The translations under genes were made by a program, and so were the position numbers. From Mobula birostris (lineage: Eukaryota): 64,000 bases of DNA. The stretch is from NCBI RefSeq assembly GCF_030028105.1, contig NC_092374.1, positions 179,941,487-180,005,486 of the forward strand. Reading direction: 5' to 3'. The notes under the pieces were generated by a model. It had not been told where the DNA came from. It saw only the letters and a program-made list of their open reading frames with translations, and made no database searches. The stretch's first letter is position 1, and each line of letters opens with the position of its first letter. Below are positions 11,651-25,569 of the stretch, piece by piece.

Positions 11651-13464
11651 TTCAAGTCCTAGACTGATTTGAATCCCCAAAATGCAAAGCTTTGCATTAT
11701 CTGAAATGAACAACATTTGCCTTACCCAGATGATCAAGATCTCCCTGTAATTTTTGATAACTGTCCACAACACTAACTGTTTAACTGGTATCCACAACCT
11801 CACTACCCTTACCATGTATATTCTCTTCCGACTAGTTTACATAAATAACAAGCAACAGTGAGTCCAGCATCTGAGGCGCATCACAGTCACAAGTCTCCAC
11901 TCCGATAAGCAACCTCTACCTTCAGCTTCATACCATCGAGCCGTTATGTAGGTGGCTGTTCCTGGATCTCATGTGATCTAACCTTCTAGACCAGCCGAGA
12001 ACACAGATGTAGATTGTGTGATTGCAAGACTGACCCAGAGCCTCCAGCTGTGCATCACTTTAACCGTCCACTGGACATCCACTCGAGATCTCCCTATCCT
12101 CCAGTGTTCCAAGGAAGGCCAACGTAGGTTTGAGCAGCATCACCTCATCTTCTGTCTGGGCATCGTTCAGCCTTAGCAACTCATTGAGCTATAGAGTGAT
12201 AAAGCACAGAAACATACCCTTTGGCTCACTGTATCCATGTTGAATTTCTACACTAATCCCATCTGCCGGCATTAACTGAGCGCCTGTATAAAGGCCTCTG
12301 AAGTGTGTCTGAGCAATTGCACCTGATTTCATCACCACGTCTGGCAGCATATTTCCAGGTGTCAATCACTCTCTAAGTAAAAAGAGCTTGCGCCATCAGT
12401 ACATTCAGCAATTTCAAATAACCAGGCTGCTGTGCTTTTGCTGGAGATTTTAGTTTCAGCGTGTTGCTTTGTTTCTTTTCCATCGCCAAATGCCGGAATT
12501 AGATTTAATTGTTACCTTGGCGACCTTGATTTGCAGCTTGTCACATTTCCTCTTTGCTTTCCCCTCTATCTCTCCTTTTGCAGCGTAAGACATGCTCACT
12601 TTCTCAGTTTTGAAGGGACTTGGACCCCGTTTCTCCCTCCTTGGATGCTGCCTGACTTGCTGAGTGTTTCAGGCATTCTTTTTTAATGCCAGCAAAGTAT
12701 TTGGCTGAGGATTAGTATCAGTAAGAGTTCCTCTTATTCTCAGGATGGGAGCTTGAGCTCTTGTACAGAGGTACAGCGACAGACTTGTATACCATACACA
12801 CAGTACAGACGAATTGACATAGTACAAGGTAAAGCAGTAACGGAATAAAATGATGCAGTATGTGGTGACATGCCAGTAATTCCTTAGCTTCTAAGAAAGT
12901 AGAGACACTGGCGGGCCTTCTTCGTGACTGCTTCCATGTGCAATATCTTTGTATCTTCATTTTTCCATAGCCTGTAATTCCCTGATTTTTCAAGAGCTGG
13001 TCTACCTCCTCCTTAAATACCCCCACTGATCGAGTCTCCACAATTCTCCCAGACTGAGAGATTCGTCCTCTCATCCCCTCTGAGGGAAGAAGCGGGTGAC
13101 TCTTATCCTATTGGAATTATTTTTGTTGACATAATGCTCAGCTTTAAGTATACCCAGTGACGTGGCCTCCGCAGTTGCCCGTAGCAATGAATTGCACAGA
13201 TCCACCACCCTTTCTGGCTAAAGAAATTTCTTCTCACTTCCGTTTGCATGTGTCTTTTGCACGTTGGTTGCTTGTCTGTCTTCATTGTGTGCGGGTTTTC
13301 ATTGATTCTGTTGTTTCTTTGTATTTGCCGTGCGTGCCCTCAAGAGAGTGAATCTCAGGAAAGTACTTGGTGACATTATGGATGTTGATAATTAATTTAC
13401 TTTGAACTTTGAAGTGAATTGCATTTGGCTGATGGGTTCCTATTTGCCTGTTCTCATCCCCAAG

Positions 13465-13606
13465 GTGATGCTGTCCACAACACCAGCTCCTTCTGGCCTC
13501 CGGCAGCTGTCAGTAAAGTACGGAGGCTTGCAGTCCGCACCCAGTCATGGAAGAAAGGTCGCTCTGAGGAGTCAAAGCACAAGGGCAGGAGGTCCCGGTC
13601 AGAAAG
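13465..13606 (+). CDS. Tandem-module gene, exon 3 (C1)
   Basis: ttctcatccccaag| ... ag|gtacca; 142 nt, phase 1 to 2; (G)DAVHNTSSFWPPAAVSKVRRLAVRTQSWKKGRSEESKHKGRRSRSE(R), basic and NLS-like; splice sites are weaker but the phases fit both neighbours. Confidence 0.6.
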
Positions 13607-14241
13607 GTACCAAGCTGTATCTCACAGGAGATGTGTCTGGTGTAGGGGGATTGATGTGGCTGCTGTGTCATAGTGTCCCAGGGGACAAAAACAGGCCCTG
13701 TGGTCCAACTGGTCCATGCTGATCAAGATGCCCATCTAAGATGGTCCCAAACACTGTCTGGCACCTGTCCCTCAAAATCTTTCCTGTCCACATGCCTGTT
13801 CAAGGATGAGAAAGTCTGCAGATGCTGGAAATCCAAGCAACACACACAAAATGCTGGAGGAACTCAGCAGGCCAGGCAACATCTATGGGAAGGAGTAAAC
13901 AGTCGATTCTAGCTGTGAGAATACTGAAGCATAGGATTTCCGGTAGGCCATTTGGCTCTTTCAGTTCTGCTGTCATTTAATACAAGTAGAACTACTGCTC
14001 TGTCTCCATGTCCCTGGCTCTTCCCAAACCCCTTGATGCCTTTGTGTGTAGAAATTCATAGTTACACGGCACAGAAGGTGGCCCGTCAGCCCAGCTCATC
14101 CATGCCAATCAGAATGCTTCTCTGCATTAATCACATTTCCCTGCATTTCGCCCATATCCCTCTAAACCTTTGCTATCCATGTACGGTACCTGTCCAAGTC
14201 AGTAAACACAAGAGATTCTGCAGGTGCTTGAAGTCCTGAGC

Positions 14242-14242
<1 letters not shown>

Positions 14243-14312
<70 letters not shown>

Positions 14313-14322
14313 ACACACACAC
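14243..14322. repeat. (CA)n microsatellite expanded inside a Penelope-terminus fold-back element (about 14205-14470)
   Basis: About 40 CA units at the caacacacacaaaa position of the element. Confidence 0.9.
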
Positions 14323-15722
14323 AAAAAATACTGGAGGAACTCAGCAAGTTAGGCAGCATCTGTGGAAGTGAATAAATAGTTGATGCTTCAGGCCATGACC
14401 TTTCATCAGAACTGCTTGTTTATTTCCATAGGTGCTGCCTGACCCAAGTTCCTCCAGCATTTTGTGTATTACCCATACAACTGTTTTTTTAACTTTGTAA
14501 TTGTACCTACTCTATCACTGCCAGTGGCAGCCGTTCCATATTGCCAACACCCTCAATGTGCATTCACTTGCCCCTCAGGTCCCATTTAAATATTTTCTTT
14601 TACACCTCATGCCCTTGAGTTTTAGAATTTCCTATCATAGATAAAGAATGTGGCTATTCAGCTTATCTGTGCTCTTCATCTTTTTTATAAATGTCTATCA
14701 GGTGACCCCTTCAGTCCCATTCACTCCAGGGAAAGCAGTTCTAGCCTATACAGTTTCTTTGTGTAATTTAATCCCTCTGGTCCCAATAACAGCCTGGTGA
14801 ACCTTCTGTGGCTTTCGTCACTTTCTTCCTATGGCGTGCACAAGAAAGATGAACATCCCTTAGAGTTAAACCAACAAAAGTCAATCTTGATGGAGCAAAA
14901 ATCCAGGTTACTGTGGTGTAATCAGTGAAGTAGGGGTGAGAGGTGAAATGATCATCTTTTATTTCCATTTGTACTGAGCTTAGTTGAAACTTGGCTGGAT
15001 TCTAACCTCCAGCAGACTCCCAATGCAATCAACGTTATTATCTCTAACTTGTTGGTCCTGCTGCAGGGTCTCGTGCCATCCAACCTCCCTTCAATCAAAG
15101 ACCCCTCCTGCCCAGTCATTCTCTAGTCTCTCTTCCGTCAGGCAGAAGATACAAATGCTTACAAACACATACCACCAGGCTGAGGGAGAGCTTTTATCCT
15201 GCTGCTATCAGACTCTTGAATGGACCCTTTGTTTGATAAAGACGATCTCCCAGTCTACCTTGTCCTGGCCTTTACACTTTATTTAACTACCTGCACTTTC
15301 TCTGTAACTCTGTACTCACATTCTGTTGTTGCTTTCCCTTGTGCTATGTTATGTCAATTGGTGTGTCTGGATGAGATGCAAACGAAAGCTTTTCACTGCA
15401 TCTCAGTACAGGTGACAGTAATAAACCAGTTACCAACACCAACCGTCCTTCTGCCTCCACTGATGCTGCCTGACCTGCAGAGTTCTTCCTGCAGTTTTGT
15501 TCTGGCTCTTTCACGTTCTTGCCTGATGACCAAGATGATCAGCATAGAGACAGGCTGAGGGACCTGTTTCTCTCCCGAACCTAGAAGGGATCGAAAGTGT
15601 TCAGTGGGCATGGTTGGTGGAAATTTGGTGTTTGAGGAGGGGGGTGCACAATTCTGATTCCAAGTCTTTTTTTTAAAAACGGGAGGTTTTGTACCCAAAT
15701 AATTTGTTGTTTGTTTTTCCAG

Positions 15723-15971
15723 AAGTGCCAGGCATGGAACAGCTGGTGGCTGTCCTGTTTTTCCAAAGGTTGGATCTGATAACGCTGGGCAGACGGCTGA
15801 GCGGGTGCCACTGGCGAGGCTGCCCTTGCCGCTGGAAGAAGCCAGCCGAGATGTGCGGAGGCGACAGAGACACAAGATCTTCATCGGTGACCAGCGAGTT
15901 CGTTGGAATTCTCTGAAGACTCGTCTCGAGGTGAGGAGCGACGAGGAAATGGCCAAGATTCTGCTGGACGT
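15723..15971 (+). CDS. Tandem-module gene, exon 4 (A2)
   Basis: ttgtttttccag| ... gt|gtaagt; 249 nt, phase 2 to 2; ...RRRQRHKIFIGDQRVRWNSLKTRLEVRSDEEMAKILLD(V); this frame is absent from the ORF track. Confidence 0.85.
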
Positions 15972-16068
15972 GTAAGTCAGAGTATTGGTATTGGTTCGTA
16001 CTGACATACAGTGAAAAGCTTGTCTTGCCTACCATGTGGGGATCAAATCATTACACAGTAGAACAAGG

Positions 16069-16810
16069 TTTCAAAGGTACATTTAATGTCAGAGAAATGT
16101 ATACAATATACATCCTGAGATGCTTTTTCTTCACAACCATCCACGAAAACAGAGCAATGCCCCCAAAGAATGAATGACAGAACCCCAAAGTCACCCCCAG
16201 ATCCCCTCCCTCCAGAGCGTAAGCGGCAGCAAACAATGATCTTCACTCCTCCCACCAGCAAAAGAAAAAGCATCGGCACCCACCACTGAACACTCAAGTG
16301 TGAGCAAAGCAACAGTAAAGGCACGGACTTGCAGTACTCCAAAGACGACTAATTCACCCGCGCTCTCCCTCCCCCTAACAAGGGAAAAAGAGGTGTCTCC
16401 ATTTCACTGCAAGAGGGGAGACATAACAGACAACTCGCTGGTTTACGATGTTAAAAGTCCATTGCGTCACTTTTTCTGAGCTCTGTGCCCGAAGATCTCA
16501 GGTCTCTGGGCACACAGCCTTAGAACTTCCATCTCCCATGACACACCAATCTGCCCGGGCCCCGACCTTCGATCTGCCTGTCTCCAGAGCTACGAGATCT
16601 CATCCCTCCGAAGGTGAGTGAAACTTGGACCGAGCCCTTGGCGTGCCAAATAACGGCCAGTCATGAAATCCCGAGAGCAGGTCCCATTCCCGCAAAGAAC
16701 CGTAGTCAGCGTGTAACTCCAGGTCAGGGTCTTCTAAAGAACCCCGACAGGGAAAATAGAGCTGTTTCCGAAGATGCAAGTAAAGATGTCACCATTAGGT
16801 GCCATTAAAC
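16069..16810 (-). mobile_element. Unclassified interspersed repeat (probable non-autonomous retroelement)
   Basis: End sequence ggtttcaaaggtacatttaatgtcagagaaatgtatacaatatacatcctga recurs inverted at about 18660-18720; related copies at about 53345-53820 and 63140-63270. Confidence 0.5.
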
Positions 16811-17439
16811 CTCCTTAAGCCCCTGAAACCATATCTGAATGCGGAATGAAGGTAACAGCTGCAGAGAAAGTGCAGTGAATACTGTAACGAGCCATGCAAC
16901 ATGGAAACAGGCCCTTTGGCCCATCTGGTCCATGCTGACTAAGATGCCCATCCAAGCTAGTCCCACTTTCCCAGGTTTGATCTCTATCTCTGTAAAACCT
17001 CTCCTATCCATGTATCTGTCCAAGTACCTTATAAAATATATGCCTGCTCATTGGTGCTTCTGAACCCTGGGTAAAAAACTGTGTGCATTCACCTTATCTA
17101 TGCTCCTCATGATTTTATACACTTCTATGAGGTCACCTTTCACTCTCTTATGCCCTGGTGAATGAAGTCTGCTCAATTTCCTTCCAGAATTGCTTGCCTT
17201 GAGTCCCAACAATATCCTCATAATTCAGCATGGAAGTTGGCCATTCAACCCATCTACTCCATGCCAACCAGACGCCCATCTACAGTCGTCCCATTTGCCT
17301 GTATTTAGCCAAGCATCTCTAAGCCTGTCCTATCTGTGTACCTATCCCACTGGCATTGAAATTTAAAATGAAAATGGATTTCTAGATGTAGGTAATCAAG
17401 AGGTGTAGAATCATACAACACAGAAACATAAAAGCCAAA

Positions 17440-19025
17440 GGGAGGCCATAAATAGGTCTAAAATTAGTGGAAAGTCTGAGGATTGGGAAGCTTGTAAAAA
17501 AAAAAAACAACAGAAGGCAACTGAAAAGTCATTAAGATGGTAAAGATGAAATACAAAAGTAGGCTAGCTAATAAAATTAAAGAGGATATCAAGAGTTTCT
17601 TCAGATACATAAAGTGTAAAAGAGAGGCAAAGATGGATATCGGACTGCTGGAAAATGATGCTGGAGAGATAGTAATGGGGGATGAATTGAATAAGTATTT
17701 TGCATCAGTCTTCACTGTGGAAGGCACTAGCAGTATGGTGGAAATCCCAGGTGTGAGGAGTCGTGAAGTTTGTGAAGTTACCATTACTAGGGAGAAGGTT
17801 CTTGGGGGAACTGAATGGTCTGAAGGTAGATGAGTCGCCTGGATCAGCTGGTGTATAGCCCAGGGATCTGAAAGAGGAGGCTCAAAGATTGTGGAGACAT
17901 TAGCAATGGTCTTTCAGGAATCATTACATTCTGGAATGATTCTGCAAGACTGGAAAATTGCAAATGTCACTCCAGTCTTCAAGAAGGGAAAGAAGCAGTA
18001 GAAAGGAAATTATCGGCCAGTTGGTTTGCTCTCAGTGGTTGGGAAGATGGAGTTGATTGTTGTGGATGTGGTTTCGAGGTACATGATAAAAAAGACCATA
18101 GTCGGCATGGTTTCCTCAAGGAAAATCTTGCCTGACAAATCTGTTGGAATTATTTGAAGAAATAACAAGCAGGATAGATAAAAGAGATTCGGTTGATGTT
18201 GTGTACTTGGATTTTTAGATGGCCTTTGACAACCTGCCACATATGAAGCTGCTTAACAAGCAACGAGTCCATGGTATTACAGGGAACATTCTAGCATGGA
18301 TAAAACAGTGGCCGATTGGCAGGAGGCAAAGAGTGGGAATAAAGGGAGCCTTTTCTGGTTGGCAGCCGGTGACTAGTGGTGTTCCACAGAGGTCTGTATT
18401 GGGCCTGATACTTTTTACATTATATGTCGGTGATTTGGATGATGGAATTGATGGCTTTGTTGCAAAGTTTACAGATGATATGAAGATGGGTGGAGGGGCA
18501 AATAGTTTTGAGGAAGTAGAGAGGCTACAGAAGGACTTAGATTAGGAGAATGGGCAAATACGTGGCAGATGGAATAGTGCCGGGAAGTGTATGGTCATGC
18601 ACTTTGGTAGAAGAAATGAAAGGAGTGAAAGGCCTTGAGAGAATGAATGTGGAGAAAAAGCTTTTCAGGATGTATATTGTATACATTTCTCTGATATTAA
18701 ATGTATCTTTGAAACCTTTGAAAGGATGTTTCCTATGGTGGGAGAGTCTAAGACCAGAGGACACAGCCTCAGAATAGAGAGGCATCCTTTTAGGATGGAG
18801 ATGATGAGGAATTTCTTTAGCCAGAGAGCAGTGAATCTGTGGAATTTGTTGACGCAGACAGCTGTGGAAGCCAAGTCTTTATATTTAAGGCAGAGGCTGA
18901 TAGATTCTTGATTGGTCAGGGCATGAAGGGATATGAGGGAGGAGGAGGTAGGAAAAATGGATCGGCCATGATTAAATGATGGAGCAGACTCAATGGGCCA
19001 AATGGCCTAATTCTTCTATATCTTT
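17440..19025 (+). mobile_element. CR1 LINE ORF2, degenerate
   Basis: KSFFRYIK.KR, ELNKYFASVFTVE, AFDNLPH, VTSGVPQ.SVLG, KF.DD.K motifs with frameshifts; CR1 3' tail. Confidence 0.9.
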
Positions 19026-19149
19026 TGGGAACAGGCCCTATGGCCCAATTGGTCCAGGATGTCCAAGACCAGCATGTGGCCCATATCCCCTTTAAACCTC
19101 GTCTATCCATGTATCTACAATATTTTGTAAAAGTTGTTATTGTACTTTG

Positions 19150-20760
19150 AGAATGTAGATATTAAGAAAAGCTTGAGAATGTATATATTAAAGAGGATGT
19201 GCTGGAGCTTTTGGAAAGCATCAAGTTGGATAAGTCACTGGGACTGGAGGGGATGTACCCCTGGCTACTGTGGAAAGTGAGGGAGGAGATTGCTGAGCCT
19301 CTGGCAATGATCTTTGCATCATCAATGAGGCCGGGAGAGGTTCCAGGGTTGTGGATGTTGTTCCCTTATTCAAGAAAGAGAGTAGGGATACCCAGAAAAT
19401 TATGGGCCAGTGAGTCTTAACTTCAGTGGTTGGTAGGTTAACGGAGAAGATCCTGAGAGGCAGGATTTATGTATATTTGGAGAGGCATAATCTGCTTAGG
19501 TATAGTCATCATGGCTTTGTCAAAGGCAGGTCGTGCCTTACTAGCCTGATTACATTTTGTGAGGATGTGACTAAGCACATTGATGAAGGTAGAGCCGTAG
19601 ATGTAGTGCATATGGATTTTAGCAAGGCATTTGATAAGGTACCCCATGCAAGACTTATTGAGAAAGTAAGGAGGCGCGGGATCCGAGGGGAAATTGCTTT
19701 GTGGATCCAGAACAGGCTTGCTCACAGAAGGCAAAGAGTGGTTGTAGATGGGTCATATTCTGCATGGAGACTGGTGACCGGTGCTGTGCCTCAGAGATCT
19801 GTTCTGGACCCCGACTCTTTGTGATTTTTATAATTGACCTGGATGAGGAAGTGGAGGGATGGGTTAATAAGTTTGCTGATGACACAAAGGTTGGAGGTGT
19901 TGTGGATGGTGTGGAGGGCTGTCAGAGGTTATAGCGGGACATTGATAGGATGCAAAACTGGGCTGAGAGGTGGCAGATGGAGTTCAATCCAGATAAGTGT
20001 GAGGTGGTTCATTTTGGTAGCTCAAATATGATGACAGAATATTGTATTAATGGTAAGATTCTTGGCAGTGTGGGTCCGAGTTCATAGGACACTCAAAGCT
20101 GCTACACAGGTTGACTCTGTGGTTAAGAAGGCATACAGTGCATTGGCCTTCATCAATTGTGGGATTGAGTTTAAGAGCAGAGAGGTAATGTTGCAGCTAT
20201 ATAGGACCCTGGTCAGACCCCACTTGAAGTCCTATGCTCAGTTCTGGTCGCCTCACTACAGGAAGGATGTGGAAGCCATAGAAAGGGTGCAGAGGAGATC
20301 TACAAGGATGTTGCCTGGATTGGGGAGCATGCCTTATAAGAATAGGTGGAGTGAACTCGGTCTTTTCTCCTTGGAGTGGCGAAGGATGACAGATGACTTA
20401 TTAGAGGTGTACAAGATAATGAGAGGTATTGATCGTGTGGATAGTCAGAGGCTTTTCCCCAGGGCTGAAATGGTTAGCATGAGAGGGCACAGTTTTAAGG
20501 TGCTTGGAAGTAGGTACAGAGGAGATGTTAGGGGTAAGTTTTTTACGCAGAGAGTGGTGAGTGCATGGAATGGGCTGCCAGCGGCGGTGGTGGAGGCGGA
20601 AACGATAGGGTCTTTTAAGAGTCTTCTGAATGGCTACATGGAGCTTAGAAGAATAGAGGGCTATGGGTAAAGCCTAGGTAGTTCTAAGGTAGGAACATGT
20701 TTGGCCCAGCTTTGTGGGCCGAAGGGCCTGTATTGTGCTGTATGTTTTCTCTGTTTCTAC
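19150..20760 (+). mobile_element. CR1 LINE ORF2 (second subfamily), 5'-truncated
   Basis: HGFVKGRSCLT, DFSKAFDKVPH, KFADDTKVGG, LYRTLVRPHL, ERVQRR; tail gggccgaagggcctgtattgtgctgta. Confidence 0.92.
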
Positions 20761-21409
20761 GTGTACCTGCTTCAACCACTTCCTCTGGCAGCTTATTCTA
20801 CATGAATACCACCCTCTGAGTAAAAATAAATGGATTGATCCTTCAGTTTGTCTAAATCTTACCCCTCTCTCCCTTTCACCTTTAATCCTATGTCCTTTAG
20901 TTCTTGATACTTGAACCACTGAAAAAAGACTGTGTACACTCATGCCCTCTGTCCCTCATGATTTACACCTCTATAAGGCCAGCTCAATCTTTGTTCTGCT
21001 GCAGATCTCCTTAGTCCACTTTGGGACTACTGTCTAGGCAAATCCTTTGGCTCTGTGGCACAGCGGTTAGAGCTGCTGCCTCTCAGCTCCAGAGGTGGGG
21101 TTCAATCCCGAACTCTGGTGCTGTCCGTGTGCAACCTGCTCGTTCTCACTGTGACTTTCTAGATTTTTCCCTGGTGCTCTGGTTTGCCCCAACATCCCAA
21201 AATCATCCACTGTAAATTGCCCCTAGTGTGTGGGTAAGTGGTGTAATCCTGGAGAGTTGATGGGAGTGTGGGGAGAAACATAAAGTCATAAGGGGGATAA
21301 ATTGAATGGATAGTCAACTTCTCAGCACAAGCGAGTGTAGAAAAGGGGGCTCAGATTTAAGGTGCGGGTGAAATTTAAAGGGGAACTGAAGATAAGTTTC
21401 TTGTTCATT

Positions 21410-21960
21410 ACGTTTTACGTGGTTGGCATCCATCCGTCTGTCTCGAAGGACAATGGCTGATGATCATCATCACAAGCCTGGGCAGAAGGTATGGAGATCC
21501 TGAGATGCCCAGTCATCAAGATCCCCCTCTCAGCCTCACCAGTGTAGTCCAAAGGAAAGCTTATGAAGCAATACGTTTGGCACCAGCTTGGCTGCTGGAG
21601 CTGCCGGAAGGATGTTCAATGATGTCCGTCCACCATAGGGACTCCACTCTGGATTTGCTGTCTGGTTTTACCCTATAGCCTTCATCTCTCCCGAGGCTGC
21701 CCATAAGGCAGTGGGGCTATTTACCCGTAGCTGGGGATTTGGTTCATGAGCCTGCACCTGAAAGGAGTTTAGTTTTCGTGTGTTGCCAGTGAGGAGGCAC
21801 TACATGAGGCTTGCTGTTGGAGAGGCTATGTACTGGCAGGGAAAGACTTACACATTCAGCTCTCCTTGTTACAAGATAGCTAGCCAGCGGTGGAAGGTGA
21901 AAGTGGGAGCGTCAAGCACTACCCACTACACTACCACGATGGACATGTCACAACAATAAT
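21410..21960 (-). mobile_element. Probable RTE-related non-autonomous element
   Basis: Shares ttggcaccag / tccaaaggaaagc blocks with the elements at 52496-52790 and 57300-57850; RTE assignment is an inference. Confidence 0.45.
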
Positions 21961-22124
21961 TTTACATACAGCAATGTGAAATGAGCTTCCAGAGGAAATG
22001 CCCACAGTTGCAGCAGAGTGCTGCCTCCTTAATCTAATTTTGCCTGTCTCATTTCACTCAATTGTTTATACACTCACTGCCTCCAGTGGGTTAGGAGCTA
22101 ACTTGTATTTCTTTAATTTTCTAG

Positions 22125-22222
22125 CTTTATAGAAAATCAGATGAATCAGCCAGGGCCGAGCTGTGATTTCCTGGAAGCTGCTCCTGACGAGAGAGCAGCT
22201 ATCACTTGCGACACAGTCACAG
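22125..22222 (+). CDS. Tandem-module gene, exon 5 (B2)
   Basis: ttctttaattttctag| ... cag|gtttgt; 98 nt, phase 2 to 1; FIENQMNQPGPSCDFLEAAPDERAAITCDTVT aligns with B1 (F....M....PS...LEA.......T). Confidence 0.8.
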
Positions 22223-24422
22223 GTTTGTATTTCCTTCTGGACCTTTGAAGTGCACGGGTTATAGGTCACACGAGAGAAAGGAATGGAGAGGAAAGGCAGG
22301 CGGTAGACTGCTGCCCCTCAGTGCCAGAGGCAGTTCAGTCCTGACCTGTGGTTTCGAAGCAACTGTGTGGATTTCCCCGGCGTGCTCTGGTTTCCCTCCA
22401 ATTCCCAACGACGTGTTTGTTGGTGGATGAAATGGTTGCTGAAAATTCCCCCCAAATTTGTGGGTAAGTGGAGTAAATCTGAACATGGGTAAAATAAAAA
22501 AAACTGTTTATGCAGGATCGGTGTAAATGGGTGATGGTTGATGCAAACTTGATGGTCCGAAGAGCTCATCATGCTGTGTGACTCAAAATCCAGACAACAC
22601 AAGCAATATTTAAGAGCTCTCTTGGCTTAAATAGGTAAAAGCAGGATGTAACACACAAAACACTGGAGGAACTGAACAGGTCAGGCAATATCTGTGGAGA
22701 GAAATGGACAGTTGACTGTTGGGTCAAGACATATCTGTCTTGATGACCTGGTGAGATTAGACCCTCTGGTGGTTGATTCTCATTGAGTCTGGTATCGTTT
22801 AAACATCTCTCAGTAACTTAAAAGGACACGGGAGGGGGTGGGTTGGGTGTAACACTGACGACCATTAATAAATGTGACTTTGCCAGAGTGTTCTTTATAA
22901 GGGTCAGTAACCTGTCCACAGCCCTTCTTCTGCATCCAACTGAAACTTCCAAGAAACTTTTGGTGGCGACCGTTAGCTATTTCGTGTGTCACCATCACTT
23001 AAACACCTGACTCTTGCCCAGAAGCTGTTCAACCTGACATTGTCCAGTGCAGAAAAGTGTAGTTGGATGGACATAATGGGCTGAAGGGCCTGTTTCTGTG
23101 CTGTCTGAGTACTGAATTTTCCTGGGGGCTTTGCAAAATAAAGGTTTCGATAGAACGTTTATAACTATGAAGTGTTGCCAGTGTCATAGGGTTAATCAGC
23201 ACCGAAACTGGTCCTTTGCTTCACCAAGGTCTTGATGTATGAGGAGAATGTATCCGCGCCTGTACTTGTAGATTTCAGAAGGAATGAATTGGGGGTGGGT
23301 GGGGGTGTGGAATCTGATTGAAATCTACTGGATATTTAAAAGTGTGCATAGGCTTAACACAGAGAGGATGTATGCAGTAGTGAGAAAGTCTACGACCAGA
23401 GGAACAACTTCAGAATAAAGTGGTATCCCTTTAAAATTGAGAGGAGGATGAATTTCTTCAGCCTGGGGGTGGTGAATCTGTTGCCATTGAGTACTATGGA
23501 GGCCAAGTCTGCAAGTGTAACGCAGAGATTAATAGGTTCTTGATTGGTAAAGCGGTTAAAGGTCATGGGGAGTGGCAGGAGAATGAGGGTTGATAAAATC
23601 AGCCTTAACCGAGTGGTGGAGAAGATTCAGTGGGCTGAATGTCCTGATTCTCCTCCTGTATCTTACAGTCTTATCAACTCTGTGTTGACCATCAATGACC
23701 TATCCCACATTAATCTAATTTTATTCTCCCCTCTTTCCCAATTTCTACTTCAAACTAGGGACAACTTTCAATGAGCAATTAAATTACCAACCCTTTGTGT
23801 GAATGAACCATGCTGAAACAATCGCCTGGTAAAATTTTTACAGATATCCATAACTCAGAAAATATGTTAAAAATAAATAAATAACTGCGGTAACCATATC
23901 TCCAGGATGCTATAACAACAACATCAAAAGCACATGAGACTGATGAGAATGATCACTAAAAATAGAGAGAGAGAGAGAGGATGAAGGGAAACTAATTCTG
24001 CCATCTGTAGGATGGACATGTGTACTTACGTCAGACTTGAATTTAATAATTATTTAAGGAAGCTCAGGCTTGTGCAGGGGTGACTACAAGCTGGGCATTC
24101 ATGAGCTGGGGACAGCCTGTAACCACATTTTACAATGGATATACTTTATATAGAATAGTGCTTTTGTACAGAAAGGTATGCAATTGGAACGAATTTAAAC
24201 CAAGTCACTCTGTTGAGCACAGAGCAGTAGCAGTGTAGGAAATTTTGTGCACAAAGCTGTCTTGAAGGTTGCTACTTTCCAGCTGTGCTCCGGGATCTTT
24301 ATACTGCTGCCGAGGGTCTTCGGGGTACCTTGTGGTGAAGAAGATTTCCTCATGTAAGTACTTTCTCTGATCCCAGATCCCAGTCACATGACTTTTTTTT
24401 GTTGTTTGGCCATTCTTCCCAG

Positions 24423-24501
24423 AACAAGATGATTTGGACAGCTTCCCCTCGTCTCAGTCAGCAGGCTCGGAATCGACAGTCACCCTGTCACATCCTAGCA
24501 G
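24423..24501 (+). CDS. Tandem-module gene, exon 6 (C2)
   Basis: ttcttcccag| ... cag|gtacgg; 79 nt, phase 1 to 2; (E)QDDLDSFPSSQSAGSESTVTLSHPS; paralogue of 43849-43930. Confidence 0.8.
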
Positions 24502-25569
24502 GTACGGTACTTTATTCCTCAGTATGTGAACATCATCAGTTATTGTTGATCCCAAATTTCCCTTCTTCACTTGTCTCAAACTGCTACAATCCTTCCAGCG
24601 AAGGTGCTGTTGCGCAGGCGTTTCGACCAGGAGAGAGGTTCTGCAGGTTGTGGTTTCCTTATAGGACCTCAAAACAACCCAAAAAATAGTCAATGTAGGT
24701 GTGAGGTATGAGTTGGCAACGATCTGTGGAAATCTCTGCCCAGAGAAGCAATGGAAGCTGCTCTCTAAATGTACTTAAAGACACAGCTAGATAGGTCTTT
24801 GCATTTGGGAAATTAAGGGCTATGGAGAAATGACAGATAGGTGGAGCTGTTCCCACACCTAGACGAGCCAGGATCTTATTGAATGAAGGAGTATGCTTGA
24901 CAGACCACATAGCCAGCTCCTGCTCCAATTACTTATGTTCTTATGACAGATTGGTGTGTTTCAGTGAAAGGAAATTTATGTTTGAGGATAAAGACAGGGA
25001 CTGAAAATCTATATATTCCTTTTTTTTTGGTTCATAGAGCAATGCAGGGACAGGTCCTATAGCCCCCAATGTCTGCCTTGGACATGGTGCTGCATTAAAC
25101 TAAATCTCTTCTGCCTACACATAACCCATTCCCTTCAAATACATGTAGTTGTCACTCTCTTAAACGTCTCTACTGTATCTGCTTCCACCCTGGCAGCTCA
25201 TTCCAGGCACCACCACTGTGAAATAATTTTTTAAAAATGCCCTGCACAATTCTTACAAACTTTCCTCCTCCCTTAAATTGCAGCATCCTACTATTTGACA
25301 TAACCTGGGAGAAGATCCCGATTCTCCACCCAGTGTATGCCAGCCATACTTCTATCAGACACACAGAGATAAAAGAAAGAAACATGACTAGGCAAGAAAG
25401 TGAAAGTTTGAATTAGATTTAAAGAGGAATCACAGGGTTCTACAACTTGGAAACAGGTCCATCGCTCCAACTTGTTCATGCTGACCAAGATGTTTGTTGG
25501 AGCTAGTTCCTTAGCTCCTTTTTTGGCCCATATCCCTCTAAATCTTTCAAAAATCATTGGACTGTGGTG

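Noticed and set aside
12693-12770. Candidate extra exon (ttctcag|gatggg...gag|gtacag)
   Set aside because: Phases do not fit B1 (phase 1 out) and C1; the phase-compatible reading hits a stop.
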